Shown in pieces: positions 47,408 through 57,485 of a stretch of DNA of 64,000 nucleotides; position 1 is the stretch's first letter, and every line of letters starts with the position of its first letter. The position numbers and the translations under genes are program-made. The notes below the pieces were generated by a model. The model did not search any database. It saw only the letters and a program-made list of their open reading frames with translations, and was not told the DNA's origin. Location: positions 4,934,780 through 4,998,779 of the forward strand of contig CAWDRU010000002.1 in NCBI GenBank assembly GCA_963804815.1, read 5' to 3'. The stretch is from Blastocatellia bacterium. Its GTDB lineage: Bacteria; Acidobacteriota; Blastocatellia; UBA7656.

Positions 47408-50134
47408 ATGCAATCCATGGCTCACTCTGAACGCAAGCGGCTATTCCTCGTTGACGGGATGTCGCAAATCTATCGCGCCTATTATGCCATCCGAGGGCTG
47501 ACCAATTCACACGGGCTTGCGACGAATGCGATATACGGCTTCACGATGATGTTGCGCCGTTTGATCGCCAACGATAAGCCCGATTATCTGGGCGTTGCTC
47601 TCGATTCGCCCGAACCGACGTTTCGCCACGAATCTTTTGAAGCTTATAAGGCAACCCGTGCCGCAATGCCGGACGATCTGTCGGTGCAGCTCCCTTATAT
47701 TTTTCGCGCCTGCGAGGCGCTAAAGGTTCCAACCACGCGCGCGCCCGGTTACGAAGCCGACGACATCATCGGCACGTTCGCATGTCAGGCCGAAGCGCTC
47801 AATCTCGATGTTATCATTGTTACAAATGATAAAGATATGTGCCAGCTTGTCACAGATCATGTGAAGATACTGCGCACGGGGCGCGACGGCTCACTGGCGC
47901 TGCTCGACCGTGAAGGGGTGAAACAGCGATTTGGCGTGCGGCCAGATCAGGTGGTTGATCTGCTGGGACTCTGGGGCGATCAATCGGATAACATTCCCGG
48001 CGCTCCGGGCGTGGGCGAGAAAGGCGCGCAGCAGATCATCAATCAGTTCGGCTCGATAGAAAATGCGCTCGCGCACGCGGATGAAATCACGCGAAAGACA
48101 TATCGCGAAAGCCTTCAAAACAACCGCGAATTGATTCTGCAATCGCGCGAGCTTGCGCGGATTCATTGCGAGATGCCGATCAAACTTGACCTCGACGCGC
48201 TCATCTACGAAGAGCCTGATCGCCGCGCCGCTTACGAACTGTTTTCGGAGCTTGAATTTTCGCAACTGACGCGCGAGTTCGCAGACGCGGCCACGCACGA
48301 AGCGGTCGCAACGGTCGCCGCGCGCAAACCGGGCAAGCCGCGTTATTCGCGCATAACGACTCGCGCAGAGCTTGAAAAGTTCATCAAGTCGCTGTGGGCG
48401 CTTGATCGCTTTGCGCTCTCGATAGCCGAACGCAAAGGCGCGATGTACGGCATCAGTATCTCTACGGCGCAGATGAATGCCGCGCTGATAGATCTCGAAA
48501 AATTTGAAGAAGGCGCTGACCCGCTGCCGCTTGTGAAAGAGATGCTGGAAAACGGGCTGATTCGCAAGTCCGTGCATGACTGGAAAGGCGCGCTCACCAT
48601 GCTCGACCATTACGTATGCGAGCGCGAAACGACCGAAACGCCGAATAAATCCGCCGACGCGGGCTGCATTCAGGATTTCAAACCTGCAATTCGCATCGAA
48701 GGCGTTGAAGACGACACGATGCTTGCGGCTTACCTGCTCGACCCGAACCGCACCACCTATCGCGTGCTTGAAATCGCGCGCGAACAGTTAGGACTTGAAC
48801 TGGCCGAAACAATCGAAGGATTTGACGCAGACGATTCGCGCGCGCTTCAAACGGCTGACCTGACATTTCATATCGCGGATGTGCTGCGCGCAAAACTCGA
48901 AGCCCAGGGGCTTGAGCAGGTCTATTCCGCTATCGAGCTTCCGCTGGTCGAGATACTTTTTGAGATGGAGCGGATAGGCGTCCGCATAGACACTGCGGCG
49001 CTTGAACAGGCGGGCGCTGAAATGGAGAGCGAGCTTGCGCGGCTCACAACAGAGATTTACAGTCTCGCGGGGCAGGAGTTCAATATCAATTCCACGATTC
49101 AGCTCGGCGAAATTTTCGAGAAGCTGAATTTCGATGTTGGCCGCAAGACAAAAACCGGGCGCATATCAACATCCGCAGATGTGCTCGAAGAGCTTGCGAC
49201 GAAATATGATCTGCCTCGCCTCATTCTGGAGTATCGAGAAATTGCGAAACTAAAGAACACCTATGTCGATGCGCTGCCGAAGCTGATCAACCCACGCACG
49301 GGCCGCGTTCACACGACTCTGAATCAGGCCGTCGCCGCGACGGGAAGATTGAGCAGCACGAATCCAAACCTGCAAAATATTCCGATCCGAAAAGAGAGTG
49401 GCCGCCGCATTCGCGCCGCGTTCGTCGCATCACCCGGCTACGCGCTGATGTCAGCCGATTATTCGCAGATCGAATTGAGATTGTTCGCGCACCTGACGGG
49501 CGACCCCGTTATGACCGATGCGTTCAACAAAGGCGAAGACATTCACACGCGGACGGCTCGCGCGGTGTTCGGCGCGAAGACAAAGCAGGAAGAAGCGGAT
49601 GTGCGCAGGCTTGCAAAGATTGTCAATTTTGCAATCGCATATGATGTTGGCCCGTTCGGCCTCGCCGCCAGAACCGGGCTTACGCGCGCGGAAGCAAAAA
49701 AAGCGATTGAAAATTACTACGAGACCTACACGGGCGTGCGCCGCTACATGGAAAAGACGCCCGAAGAAGTGCGCGAAACGGGACTCGTGCGAACCGTGTT
49801 CGGTCGCATTCGCCCGATACCCGATATCAACAATCGCAATCACAACCTGCGCGCGCGCGCCGAGCGCGAAGCCATCAATGCCCCGTTGCAGGGAACTGCG
49901 GCGGACCTTGTGAAGATGGCGATGATTCGCGTCTACGAGCGATTGAACCGCGAGCATCTGGGCGCGCGAATGATTCTTCAGGTGCATGACGAATTGCTGC
50001 TCGAAGTGCCTGAACAAGAGATCGAGCGCACCACAAATATAGTGCGCGAAGAGATGGAATCGGTCTATCCGATTGCAGTCCCGCTGATCGTAGATATTGG
50101 CATCGGTCACAACTGGATGGAAGCCAAGCCTTAA
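47408..50134 (+). CDS. polA: DNA polymerase I
   Basis: 5'-3' exonuclease N-terminus (LFLVDGMSQIYRAYYAI). Pol A motifs A, B and C: DYSQIELR, RRLAKIVNFAIAYDVGPFGLA, QVHDELLLE. 908 aa. Confidence 0.9.
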   Translation: MQSMAHSERKRLFLVDGMSQIYRAYYAIRGLTNSHGLATNAIYGFTMMLRRLIANDKPDYLGVALDSPEPTFRHESFEAYKATRAAMPDDLSVQLPYIFRACEALKVPTTRAPGYEADDIIGTFACQAEALNLDVIIVTNDKDMCQLVTDHVKILRTGRDGSLALLDREGVKQRFGVRPDQVVDLLGLWGDQSDNIPGAPGVGEKGAQQIINQFGSIENALAHADEITRKTYRESLQNNRELILQSRELARIHCEMPIKLDLDALIYEEPDRRAAYELFSELEFSQLTREFADAATHEAVATVAARKPGKPRYSRITTRAELEKFIKSLWALDRFALSIAERKGAMYGISISTAQMNAALIDLEKFEEGADPLPLVKEMLENGLIRKSVHDWKGALTMLDHYVCERETTETPNKSADAGCIQDFKPAIRIEGVEDDTMLAAYLLDPNRTTYRVLEIAREQLGLELAETIEGFDADDSRALQTADLTFHIADVLRAKLEAQGLEQVYSAIELPLVEILFEMERIGVRIDTAALEQAGAEMESELARLTTEIYSLAGQEFNINSTIQLGEIFEKLNFDVGRKTKTGRISTSADVLEELATKYDLPRLILEYREIAKLKNTYVDALPKLINPRTGRVHTTLNQAVAATGRLSSTNPNLQNIPIRKESGRRIRAAFVASPGYALMSADYSQIELRLFAHLTGDPVMTDAFNKGEDIHTRTARAVFGAKTKQEEADVRRLAKIVNFAIAYDVGPFGLAARTGLTRAEAKKAIENYYETYTGVRRYMEKTPEEVRETGLVRTVFGRIRPIPDINNRNHNLRARAEREAINAPLQGTAADLVKMAMIRVYERLNREHLGARMILQVHDELLLEVPEQEIERTTNIVREEMESVYPIAVPLIVDIGIGHNWMEAKP

Positions 50135-50457
50135 ACTCACGGATGGCTTTGCATCAAAAGTTTAAAGATCAGCCCGCGTTTGGTTCAAGGGTGATTTCAA
50201 AACCAACTTGACCCTGTCGAACCTTGATTCAATATTTGACCGCTTGCGACAGGCGACAAGGCACTCATCACGCTTGTAGTTGTAGAGGTGAAACATCTTT
50301 TCAAACAATCCACCTCCTGCGCCAGCGGTTGGCTATATACCAATTCTGGCAATCACCTCACGCATAAAAGCCTGATTTCTGATAGACATGTCGGGGAAAA
50401 GTGCTATCATCTGCTATCAGATTTACCCAGCGAAGGATTTGAACAGAAAAGGAAGCT

Positions 50458-50592
50458 ATGAGCAATCTGTTAGTCAGAGACGTGCCGGAACAAATTCGCT
50501 CCTGGATAGAGCAGGTGCGAAGCGAGCACAGGATGACTCAACAGGAGTTCGTTCTTAAGTTCGGGAATGCCGTAGAGCCTAAAGCAGCGTAG
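50458..50592 (+). CDS. 44-aa ribbon-helix-helix (Arc/MetJ, antitoxin-like) protein
   Basis: Below the ORF-track cut-off. AAAAGGAAG RBS then ATG. MSNLLVRDVPEQIRSWIEQVRSEHRMTQQEFVL has the beta-strand plus two helices pattern of RHH antitoxins. Confidence 0.4.
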   Translation: MSNLLVRDVPEQIRSWIEQVRSEHRMTQQEFVLKFGNAVEPKAA

Positions 50593-50633
50593 TCAGAGTT
50601 TATTTGCAGATTGATGGCTGATCGAAAATAACT

Positions 50634-51392
50634 ATGCCTCGTCAAAGCTGGTCTAGAGATGAACTACTTGTAACCTTTAATCTATATTGTCGCACTCCTT
50701 TCGGTCGGTTGCACAGAGGCAATCCTGAAATCATTTCACTCGCACGCAAGATTGGTCGAACACCTAGCGCAGTGGCAATGAAGCTTGTCAACTTCGCGAG
50801 CTTTGACCCTGTTCATCAAGCGCGATCTGTTCGAGGGTTGAGCAATGCTAGCCAAGCCGACCATCACATTTGGGATGAATTTAATGCTAACCCAGAGCAA
50901 TTGGCATTTGAAAGTCAAAAAGCATTCGATGAAATTGTAGAGCGCATTACGGAACCTGAGAAGATAGTTTTTCCACCTTCTGGCCCAACCGAAACAACTC
51001 GGTCAGTCCGGGTACGCTTGGTTCAACGTTTTTTCCGTGAATCTGTTCTTACAAGTTACGACTATCGTTGTACTATTTGTGACCTCAGTTTAGTGGAATT
51101 ACTGACAGCCAGCCACATCATTCCTTGGAGTCGAAATGTGGAGCGACGTGCTGATCCTCGAAATGGATTGGCCCTTTGTGCAATCCATGATCGTGCTTTT
51201 GATCGGGGAATAATAACGCTCGATGATTCATTTCGGGTACTGCTTTCCAAGACAGCAAAAGTAATAACCTCAAGCCGACTGCATATGGTTGCGCTGCTGG
51301 AGATTGAACGTAAAATAATCTCGCTGCCGAAAAGATTCTCCCCTGATCCTGTAGCTTTGGCTTATCATAGGACAGAGATTTTCAGGCAGTAG
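50634..51392 (+). CDS. HNH endonuclease (HNH_2 / restriction-endonuclease-like)
   Basis: CTICD...ASHIIPW...NGLALCAIHDRAFDRG. Local GC visibly lower than surroundings. Confidence 0.7.
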   Translation: MPRQSWSRDELLVTFNLYCRTPFGRLHRGNPEIISLARKIGRTPSAVAMKLVNFASFDPVHQARSVRGLSNASQADHHIWDEFNANPEQLAFESQKAFDEIVERITEPEKIVFPPSGPTETTRSVRVRLVQRFFRESVLTSYDYRCTICDLSLVELLTASHIIPWSRNVERRADPRNGLALCAIHDRAFDRGIITLDDSFRVLLSKTAKVITSSRLHMVALLEIERKIISLPKRFSPDPVALAYHRTEIFRQ

Positions 51393-51416
51393 AATTCATG
51401 ATAGAGGACTGCGCCT

Positions 51417-51677
51417 ATGTCGAGACCGATCACAATCATCTTGGAAGCCGCCGATGTTCTACAGATACTTGATGCGCTGGAAAACAGAGCGGAATGTTAC
51501 GAAAAGACAGCGGTTTTGATGAATGGTGAATATAAAACAGAGATGGATAGTGAATATGCGTTAGATCAGTTTTTTATTCCAGAAGAATGTAGAGACGCAA
51601 CTGAAGCGGAAGACATAGGCAGGCATTTCAGAGATATAATTACCTCTTTGGAAAAGCAACTTGGCGAATCCAGCTAG
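51417..51677 (+). CDS. hypothetical acidic small protein
   Basis: ORF in the low-GC islet. No family recognised. Confidence 0.3.
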   Translation: MSRPITIILEAADVLQILDALENRAECYEKTAVLMNGEYKTEMDSEYALDQFFIPEECRDATEAEDIGRHFRDIITSLEKQLGESS

Positions 51678-51713
51678 ATTCTGGGAAAATGTCGTAAGTA
51701 AATCACTTTCACC

Positions 51714-51968
51714 TTGAAATCATCTACAACTTTCATCATCAGATCAACCCAACAGGGCAGTAATACGAATACCGCATGGGCGCGGCAAAACCCAAGACAA
51801 TTGATCTCGCGTGAAAGTGCGCCACTCTTGGGGTTCACCGATGAATTTCGCATCGTTGTTTCTGATACTCAGGTATATATGAATTCTGGCAGAACAAAAG
51901 ACTTTCAAATGTTGACCGTGACAGGCGCAACCTCGAATCTCTTGAACGCGAAGGATGGAAAGTTATGA
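51714..51968 (+). CDS. hypothetical small protein
   Basis: ORF in the low-GC islet. No family recognised. Confidence 0.25.
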   Translation: MKSSTTFIIRSTQQGSNTNTAWARQNPRQLISRESAPLLGFTDEFRIVVSDTQVYMNSGRTKDFQMLTVTGATSNLLNAKDGKL

Positions 51969-52104
51969 TTGTATGGGAGTGCTTGATAAAAGATAAGCGG
52001 TTTGACTACATTCAGACATCCGTTAAAGAATTTCTTATTAAAGGCGTGCAGCCTTTTGATGCAAACACGACTTTAGGCGCAAAGCCATTACAGGTAAAGA
52101 AAAA

Positions 52105-53217
52105 ATGAATTACTCAAGATGGCTGCTGGTCGCTGCGCTCTTCTGGCATTTTTCAGCAAGCGAGGCTGTTGCGCAGGCGAAACCGGAGGTCCGCGTCGGC
52201 ATGGTGACACGGGATTTCGTAGACGAAGGAAGAAAGAACTGGCAGGCGACAGGCCCGCGCCCGCTGCGAACCGCTATCTGGTATCCGGCAGCCGTCACGA
52301 CCGAAGAAGAAACGATCTTTTCCGGCCCGCCTGAAACGCAGGTTTTTGCTGCCGTCACGGTTGCGCCATCTGCTGAGGTTTCGCCTGCCTCAAAAAAATA
52401 TCCGCTTATTCTCCTGTCTCACGGCACAGGAGGCTCGGCTGTGATGATGATGTGGCTGGGCCATTATCTTGCATCTCGCGGCTACATAGTTGCGGCCCTG
52501 AATCATCACGGCAACACGGCGGCGGAAAAACAACCCGCCGCTCAAGGCTTTCTGCTCGTCTGGGAACGCCCCAAGGATTTGACCATCGTGCTCGATAAGC
52601 TGCTTGCCGACCCGGTCTTTGGAAACCGGATTGATAGAAACCGAATTGGTGCGGCGGGCTTTTCGTTGGGCGGCTACACGGTTATCTCGATTGCCGGGGG
52701 CCGGTTCAGCCTGAAAGAGTTTGAAAGCTTTTGCAATTCTCCGCAGCGAGACTTCACCTGCGAGCCTCAGCCTGAATTCCCCGCAGCGCGAGCGAAATTC
52801 GAGGAACTGATAAAGACAGACCCGGTCGTGCAGGCGTCCGTGCTTCAGGCAGGCGATTCCTATATTGATAAAAGAATCAAATCTGTTTTCGCCATCGCTC
52901 CTGCGCTCGGCAGCGGGTTTACGAAAGCCAGTCTGAGCGCGATAAAAATACCCGTTCGCATAGTCCTCGGTCAGGCAGATGTAGTGACTCCGTTGGCTAC
53001 GAACGCGCAGCGGTACGCGAACCTGATCAAGGGAGCGAAGCTGACGGTTCTTTCGGGAGAAGTAGGGCACTACACATTTCTTGCAACCTGCACGCCCAAC
53101 GGAAAAAAGGTTTTGCCAATCTGCCGCGACGGCGCGGGGGTTGACCGCGCCCTTGTACACGAACAGGTAAGCCGGATGGCTTTCGAGTTCTTCGAGAAAA
53201 CACTGGCGAAGAGATGA
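52105..53217 (+). CDS. secreted alpha/beta hydrolase (dienelactone hydrolase / PAF-acetylhydrolase-like)
   Basis: GAAGFSLGG nucleophile elbow. LILLSHGTGGS. Signal peptide. Confidence 0.6.
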   Translation: MNYSRWLLVAALFWHFSASEAVAQAKPEVRVGMVTRDFVDEGRKNWQATGPRPLRTAIWYPAAVTTEEETIFSGPPETQVFAAVTVAPSAEVSPASKKYPLILLSHGTGGSAVMMMWLGHYLASRGYIVAALNHHGNTAAEKQPAAQGFLLVWERPKDLTIVLDKLLADPVFGNRIDRNRIGAAGFSLGGYTVISIAGGRFSLKEFESFCNSPQRDFTCEPQPEFPAARAKFEELIKTDPVVQASVLQAGDSYIDKRIKSVFAIAPALGSGFTKASLSAIKIPVRIVLGQADVVTPLATNAQRYANLIKGAKLTVLSGEVGHYTFLATCTPNGKKVLPICRDGAGVDRALVHEQVSRMAFEFFEKTLAKR

Positions 53218-53252
53218 GCCGATTTCAATGCGCGCTCTGAACCAAAGGAGGG

Positions 53253-54263
53253 TTGATTATGATTTGGCTTCGCGTGCTGGCCTGCCTGCTTTTAAGTTCA
53301 TCAAACGCTCAGAAGCCGCCGGTAGGGATCATTGATTTTTACGGGCTTCACAACCTCACTGAAAGTCAGGCGCGGCAGGCTCTCAAATTCAAAGATGGCG
53401 ATTTTAACTCCGCAGCTTCAGAAGAAGCGGTAAAAGATCTGCGTTTACTGGCGGGCGTAGAACAGGTTTATATCAATATCACCTGTTGCGATGATAAGGG
53501 GAAATCGATACTGTATATCGGCATCGAGGAAAGAGGGTTTCCGGCATTACGATTCCTCCCGGCTCCTAAAAAGAATCTCCTGCTGTCACCCGATATTGTC
53601 GAAGCCGGTGAGGCTCTCGAAAAAGCAATACGGCAGGGAGTTTTAAGCAATGATGTAACGGAAGATGAATCTCAGGGCCATGCGCTTTTGCACTATCCAC
53701 CGGCCCGCGCAATTCAGGAGCAGTTTATCAAATTCGCCGCCCGCGACCTGAAACATTTGCGCGATGTTTTGCACAATTCAAATAACTCACTGCATCGCGC
53801 GCTGGCAGCAGAGATTATCGCTTATACAAAAAACAAACAATCGGTAGTAAACGATCTTGTCGCCGCAATCAAAGACCCTGACGAAGAGGTGCGTAACAAT
53901 GCGATGCGGGCGCTCGGCGTAATGGGGCAGGCGGAAAAATTAAAGATCACGATTCCCTGGACTCCGTTTATAGAGATGCTCAATTCGTCAGTTTGGACAG
54001 ACCGTAACAAATCATCTTTTACGCTCATGACTCTCACTCAAAAACGTAATCCTGTATTGCTCGCCGAGCTTCGCAATCGAGCGTTTGAATCGCTTGTCGA
54101 GATTGCTCGATGGAAAAACAGAGGTCATGCGGCGCAGGGTTTCTTTATTCTTGGACGCATCGCAGGTATGGGCGAGCAGGAACTTTTTGAAGCCTGGGAG
54201 AGAAATGATCGGGAAGCGATAATCAACGCCGCAATGAAGCGCGCAGGAAAGAGAGCGCAATGA
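53253..54263 (+). CDS. secreted HEAT-repeat protein
   Basis: Signal peptide. AAIKDPDEEVRNNAMRALGVMG is a HEAT/PBS-lyase-like repeat. Confidence 0.45.
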   Translation: MIMIWLRVLACLLLSSSNAQKPPVGIIDFYGLHNLTESQARQALKFKDGDFNSAASEEAVKDLRLLAGVEQVYINITCCDDKGKSILYIGIEERGFPALRFLPAPKKNLLLSPDIVEAGEALEKAIRQGVLSNDVTEDESQGHALLHYPPARAIQEQFIKFAARDLKHLRDVLHNSNNSLHRALAAEIIAYTKNKQSVVNDLVAAIKDPDEEVRNNAMRALGVMGQAEKLKITIPWTPFIEMLNSSVWTDRNKSSFTLMTLTQKRNPVLLAELRNRAFESLVEIARWKNRGHAAQGFFILGRIAGMGEQELFEAWERNDREAIINAAMKRAGKRAQ

Positions 54264-54733
54264 AGATTCTGTTGCTCATCGCGGTTCTCGCCATACCGGC
54301 GCTCCCGCAACGTTGCGGCGATTCGCTATTGCTATATCTCCGCGACCAAACTGGAAAAATAATTCTCCCTTCGGATTTTGAATCCGCGACAGTGTCGGCC
54401 ACTTACACAGTTGATAATGTCGATACACTTGTGGATGTGAAGCCGGAGCTTATGAAGACATCGTCAGGCATTCAAAGTTTTTCAGTGCGCGCAGAGTGCG
54501 GCATAAAACTGGCGCAGTTTAAATTGAGATACAAAGGCCAGTCCATGACGATTCGAGTCTTAAACGTGCCCGGAGACGTGCGGCATATATTGATGGAAGG
54601 AATTGTTTTCAGAAAAGACTCATTTGAAGTTGATCTGGGGAATCGCCCGATGAAGAATGTCGAAGAGTACGACGGTCAGGCTGATCAAATAAGATGGGTA
54701 ATTAGGGACAAATCATTGAGAAAAGTTGATTGA
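54260..54733 (+). CDS. hypothetical secreted protein
   Basis: ATGA overlap with the HEAT gene. Signal peptide MKILLLIAVLAIPALP. Confidence 0.4.
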   Translation: MKILLLIAVLAIPALPQRCGDSLLLYLRDQTGKIILPSDFESATVSATYTVDNVDTLVDVKPELMKTSSGIQSFSVRAECGIKLAQFKLRYKGQSMTIRVLNVPGDVRHILMEGIVFRKDSFEVDLGNRPMKNVEEYDGQADQIRWVIRDKSLRKVD

Positions 54734-54763
54734 GCCTCGCGCGGCCCAATCAACTCTGTTTCG

Positions 54764-55240
54764 TCACGGCAAGCGGTCGGCATTGAATGACCCGTTCGAC
54801 GTATCGTAGAGCGCAGGGTTCTGCTGGTTTTCAGTGTCCCACATCACTATCACATCGCCCTTCTTGATCTTCGAGTTGCTGCTCTTGAGTTTTCCTATAA
54901 GAACGAGCGAGGCGCACGGGCCGCCGTCTTCCGGGCAAAGCTCGAAAGTGGCAGAGATCTTCTTGTTGACCTGCCGCCAGACGCCGCCCGTTGTGCGGCC
55001 CTGTTCATCAAGGATCGTTATTCGACCGTGCAGGCTTTCGCCGCGCGGGCCGACATCGAAATTAACGGTGAAGGTGCGTTTGTCATTGCTGCCCGGCGCG
55101 ACAGGCATAGTGATGGAAACCGACCACCGGCCCTCGAACTTTTTGGAGGCCAGCGCCGAAGGCGCAAGGGCAAGCACCGTGACGAGAATTAAAGCGGCGA
55201 CGTGCGCGCGTTTGCGAAGGAGTTGAATTCCGACTGCCAT
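54764..55240 (-). CDS. hypothetical secreted protein (paralog of next gene)
   Basis: Start MAVGIQLLRKRAHVAALILVTVLALAPSALA. Shares ATFELCPEDGGPC with the neighbour's ATFQLWCPDSRGAC. Confidence 0.45.
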   Translation of the reverse strand: MAVGIQLLRKRAHVAALILVTVLALAPSALASKKFEGRWSVSITMPVAPGSNDKRTFTVNFDVGPRGESLHGRITILDEQGRTTGGVWRQVNKKISATFELCPEDGGPCASLVLIGKLKSSNSKIKKGDVIVMWDTENQQNPALYDTSNGSFNADRLP

Positions 55241-55737
55241 CAGTTTGATCCTCCCGACACGCGATTTCCGCTGAACGAAAAAACCCACGTGTCATAGCCT
55301 GTCGGGCGGAAGTTGTCTTCCTGATCGAAGAAGACGGTCATAGTCCCTTTCACCTTATCCTCGCGCAAAAACTCGCCGCGCATGATGACTGACCCGCAAG
55401 CGCCACGGCTGTCCGGACACCACAATTGAAAGGTCGCGCTGAACTTATCGCCCGAAACGCGCCACACGCCAAGCGGGCGGACATCCTCGCCTTCTTCGCG
55501 CAGGACCACGCCCGTGCGCAGGTCCCCCTGCTGCTCGAAGATCATGTCGCGGTCGGGGAAGCCGAGCGAGTTGCCCATCCTCGAAAACAACTGATTACTG
55601 ATCGGGCTGGAAACCATTACCCACTCGCCAGCAAGCGTCAACTCGGACTGCATTGCAGCCTTCGGAGTGAAAAATGATGCGGCGAGTACCAAAAAGGCGG
55701 CGACGGATAAAGCAATGAATCTTGTTCCCTTAGACAT
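55240..55737 (-). CDS. hypothetical secreted protein (tandem paralog)
   Basis: AGGAG RBS. Signal peptide. Stop overlaps the downstream start. Confidence 0.45.
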   Translation of the reverse strand: MSKGTRFIALSVAAFLVLAASFFTPKAAMQSELTLAGEWVMVSSPISNQLFSRMGNSLGFPDRDMIFEQQGDLRTGVVLREEGEDVRPLGVWRVSGDKFSATFQLWCPDSRGACGSVIMRGEFLREDKVKGTMTVFFDQEDNFRPTGYDTWVFSFSGNRVSGGSN

Positions 55738-55847
55738 AACTGCTCCTCTTGATAGAGTAATAAAATACCAACGCGGGTCGCAGAGTCAAGCCCTTAATTA
55801 CAATGATTACGACCGAGGGTTGTCTATAGCCTCCTGATGACAGAAAA

Positions 55848-56987
55848 TTGTCCGTTATGAAATTGAACCGCCCTTTATGCTGTTTAATGGTGCTTGCCAT
55901 CGCAATCTTTGCAGTAAGCTGTCGCTCGCGATCAAACGAGCAGCGCTACGAGTTGAAAGGCGTCGTCGTCAGCCTTGACAAGCGAGGCTCTACAGTCACC
56001 CTCGCTCATCAGGAAATCCCGAATTACATGGACGCGATGACCATGCCGTTCAAACTGAAAGACGAATGGGCGTTCGGTGTGCTGGCTCCGGGCAATCGCG
56101 TGCAGGCTACGCTCGTTGTCGATGGCCTGCGCTCGTGGCTTGAAAACATAATCATCATGCAGGAGACCGTTGACGACACAGGCTCAGTCAGTCCTAAGTC
56201 AGTCGGGCCTGCGCCGGGCGAAGAAGTGCCCGATTTCACGCTCGTCAATCAGGACGGCAGGCCCGTGCGACTTCGCCAGTATAAAGGCCGCGCGCTGGTC
56301 CTGACGTTCATCTACACGCGCTGCCCGCTGCCGGATTATTGCCCGCTGATGACAGACAATTTTGCCGAAATAGTCAAAGCGATCAAAGATGACGCGGCGT
56401 TATACGGAAAGACTCAACTCTTGAGCATCAGCATTGACCCTGAATACGATACGCCTGCGCGATTGCGCGAGCACGGCGCTCGACACACAAGCGGGCACTG
56501 GGAGTTTGCCACGGGAAGCAGTGATGAAGTGAAAAAGATTGCGACTTATTTCGGGCTGCAATACTTTACCGAATCAGATCAGATCATCCATTCGCTCGTC
56601 ACGGCCTTAATCTCGCCCGATGGAAAGGTGGTGAAGCTTTACACGGGCAACGAGTGGAAACCTGCTGAGATCATCAGCGACTTAGAGCAGTTCAGGCAGC
56701 AATCGAAAGAGAAGCCCAAAGAGAATCCGACGCAGGAGAATCCGGCGCAGGAGAATCCGCAGGCGAAGCTTTATCACGGCGTCGGGGTCGTTGATTCCAT
56801 CAACGAGCAAAGAACAACCGTGCAGATAGATCACGAAGATATCAAAGATTTAATGCCTGCGATGAAGATGCCCTTTGAGGTCAAGGACAGTTCGCTGCTC
56901 GACCGAATCGCGGCAGGCGACCACGTGGCGTTCACGATTCAGGATATGCCTTACGGGCTGATTGTGATCGAGATCAAAAAGCGTTAG
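55848..56987 (+). CDS. lipoprotein: CusF-like Cu-binding domain, SCO1/SenC-like thioredoxin-fold domain, CusF-like domain
   Basis: Lipobox FAVSC. HQEIPNYMDAMTMPFKLKD and HEDIKDLMPAMKMPFEVKD are His/Met-x-Met copper sites. Central YTRCPLPDYCPLM is a SCO-type Cys pair. Confidence 0.55.
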   Translation: MSVMKLNRPLCCLMVLAIAIFAVSCRSRSNEQRYELKGVVVSLDKRGSTVTLAHQEIPNYMDAMTMPFKLKDEWAFGVLAPGNRVQATLVVDGLRSWLENIIIMQETVDDTGSVSPKSVGPAPGEEVPDFTLVNQDGRPVRLRQYKGRALVLTFIYTRCPLPDYCPLMTDNFAEIVKAIKDDAALYGKTQLLSISIDPEYDTPARLREHGARHTSGHWEFATGSSDEVKKIATYFGLQYFTESDQIIHSLVTALISPDGKVVKLYTGNEWKPAEIISDLEQFRQQSKEKPKENPTQENPAQENPQAKLYHGVGVVDSINEQRTTVQIDHEDIKDLMPAMKMPFEVKDSSLLDRIAAGDHVAFTIQDMPYGLIVIEIKKR

Positions 56988-57000
56988 TTCCAACTGTCTG

Positions 57001-57444
57001 TTATTGATCGAGATTTACCGGCAGAAGCGGCAGGTCCCAGTGCGAGATCAATATCTCGAATCGCCGCTGCTCTTCGCGCTTGAAGGTTTCCTGATCGGGG
57101 TAGAGTTGTCTGGTTAAAGCTTCTTCGCCGCTTGAATCCGACGCTACCGAGGCGTTTTTGAAGACTATAGTGATGCGATAATCCCAGCGCCCTTCTTCGG
57201 TCGTATGATAGCGCGGTCGGTCGGCGCGGACTTCGAGTATGCGCCCGCTTTCAATCTGCTTTTTAAGCACGGGGTAATGGTTCTTTTTAAACAGGCGGAT
57301 GAATTCGTCTGCGTACCCCCATTTCGCTTTGTAGTAATACTCGACGACAAAGGGCTGATCCTGCGTTTTATTTTGACCGGCACAGGCGGCTGCGACCGAG
57401 CAGATCATTAAAAACGCCACCGAGAAACGACAGACTTTCTTCAT
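57001..57444 (-). CDS. hypothetical secreted protein
   Basis: Signal peptide MKKVCRFSVAFLMICSVAAACAG. Last gene of the sigma/anti-sigma transcription unit by position. Confidence 0.4.
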   Translation of the reverse strand: MKKVCRFSVAFLMICSVAAACAGQNKTQDQPFVVEYYYKAKWGYADEFIRLFKKNHYPVLKKQIESGRILEVRADRPRYHTTEEGRWDYRITIVFKNASVASDSSGEEALTRQLYPDQETFKREEQRRFEILISHWDLPLLPVNLDQ

Positions 57445-57485
57445 TGCTGTTCCTTAAGATTATTAAAACTATAAAATATTTCGGA

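Noticed and set aside
46629-47501. 290-aa + strand ORF
   Set aside because: Antisense to the NarL-type regulator and the polA upstream region. No motifs.
47891-48610. 239-aa minus ORF, together with 49451..50140 minus and 49518..49913 plus
   Set aside because: All are embedded in polA, whose motifs are unambiguous. They are shadow frames.
52390-53160. 256-aa minus ORF
   Set aside because: Antisense to the alpha/beta hydrolase gene, which has a GxSxG motif and signal peptide.
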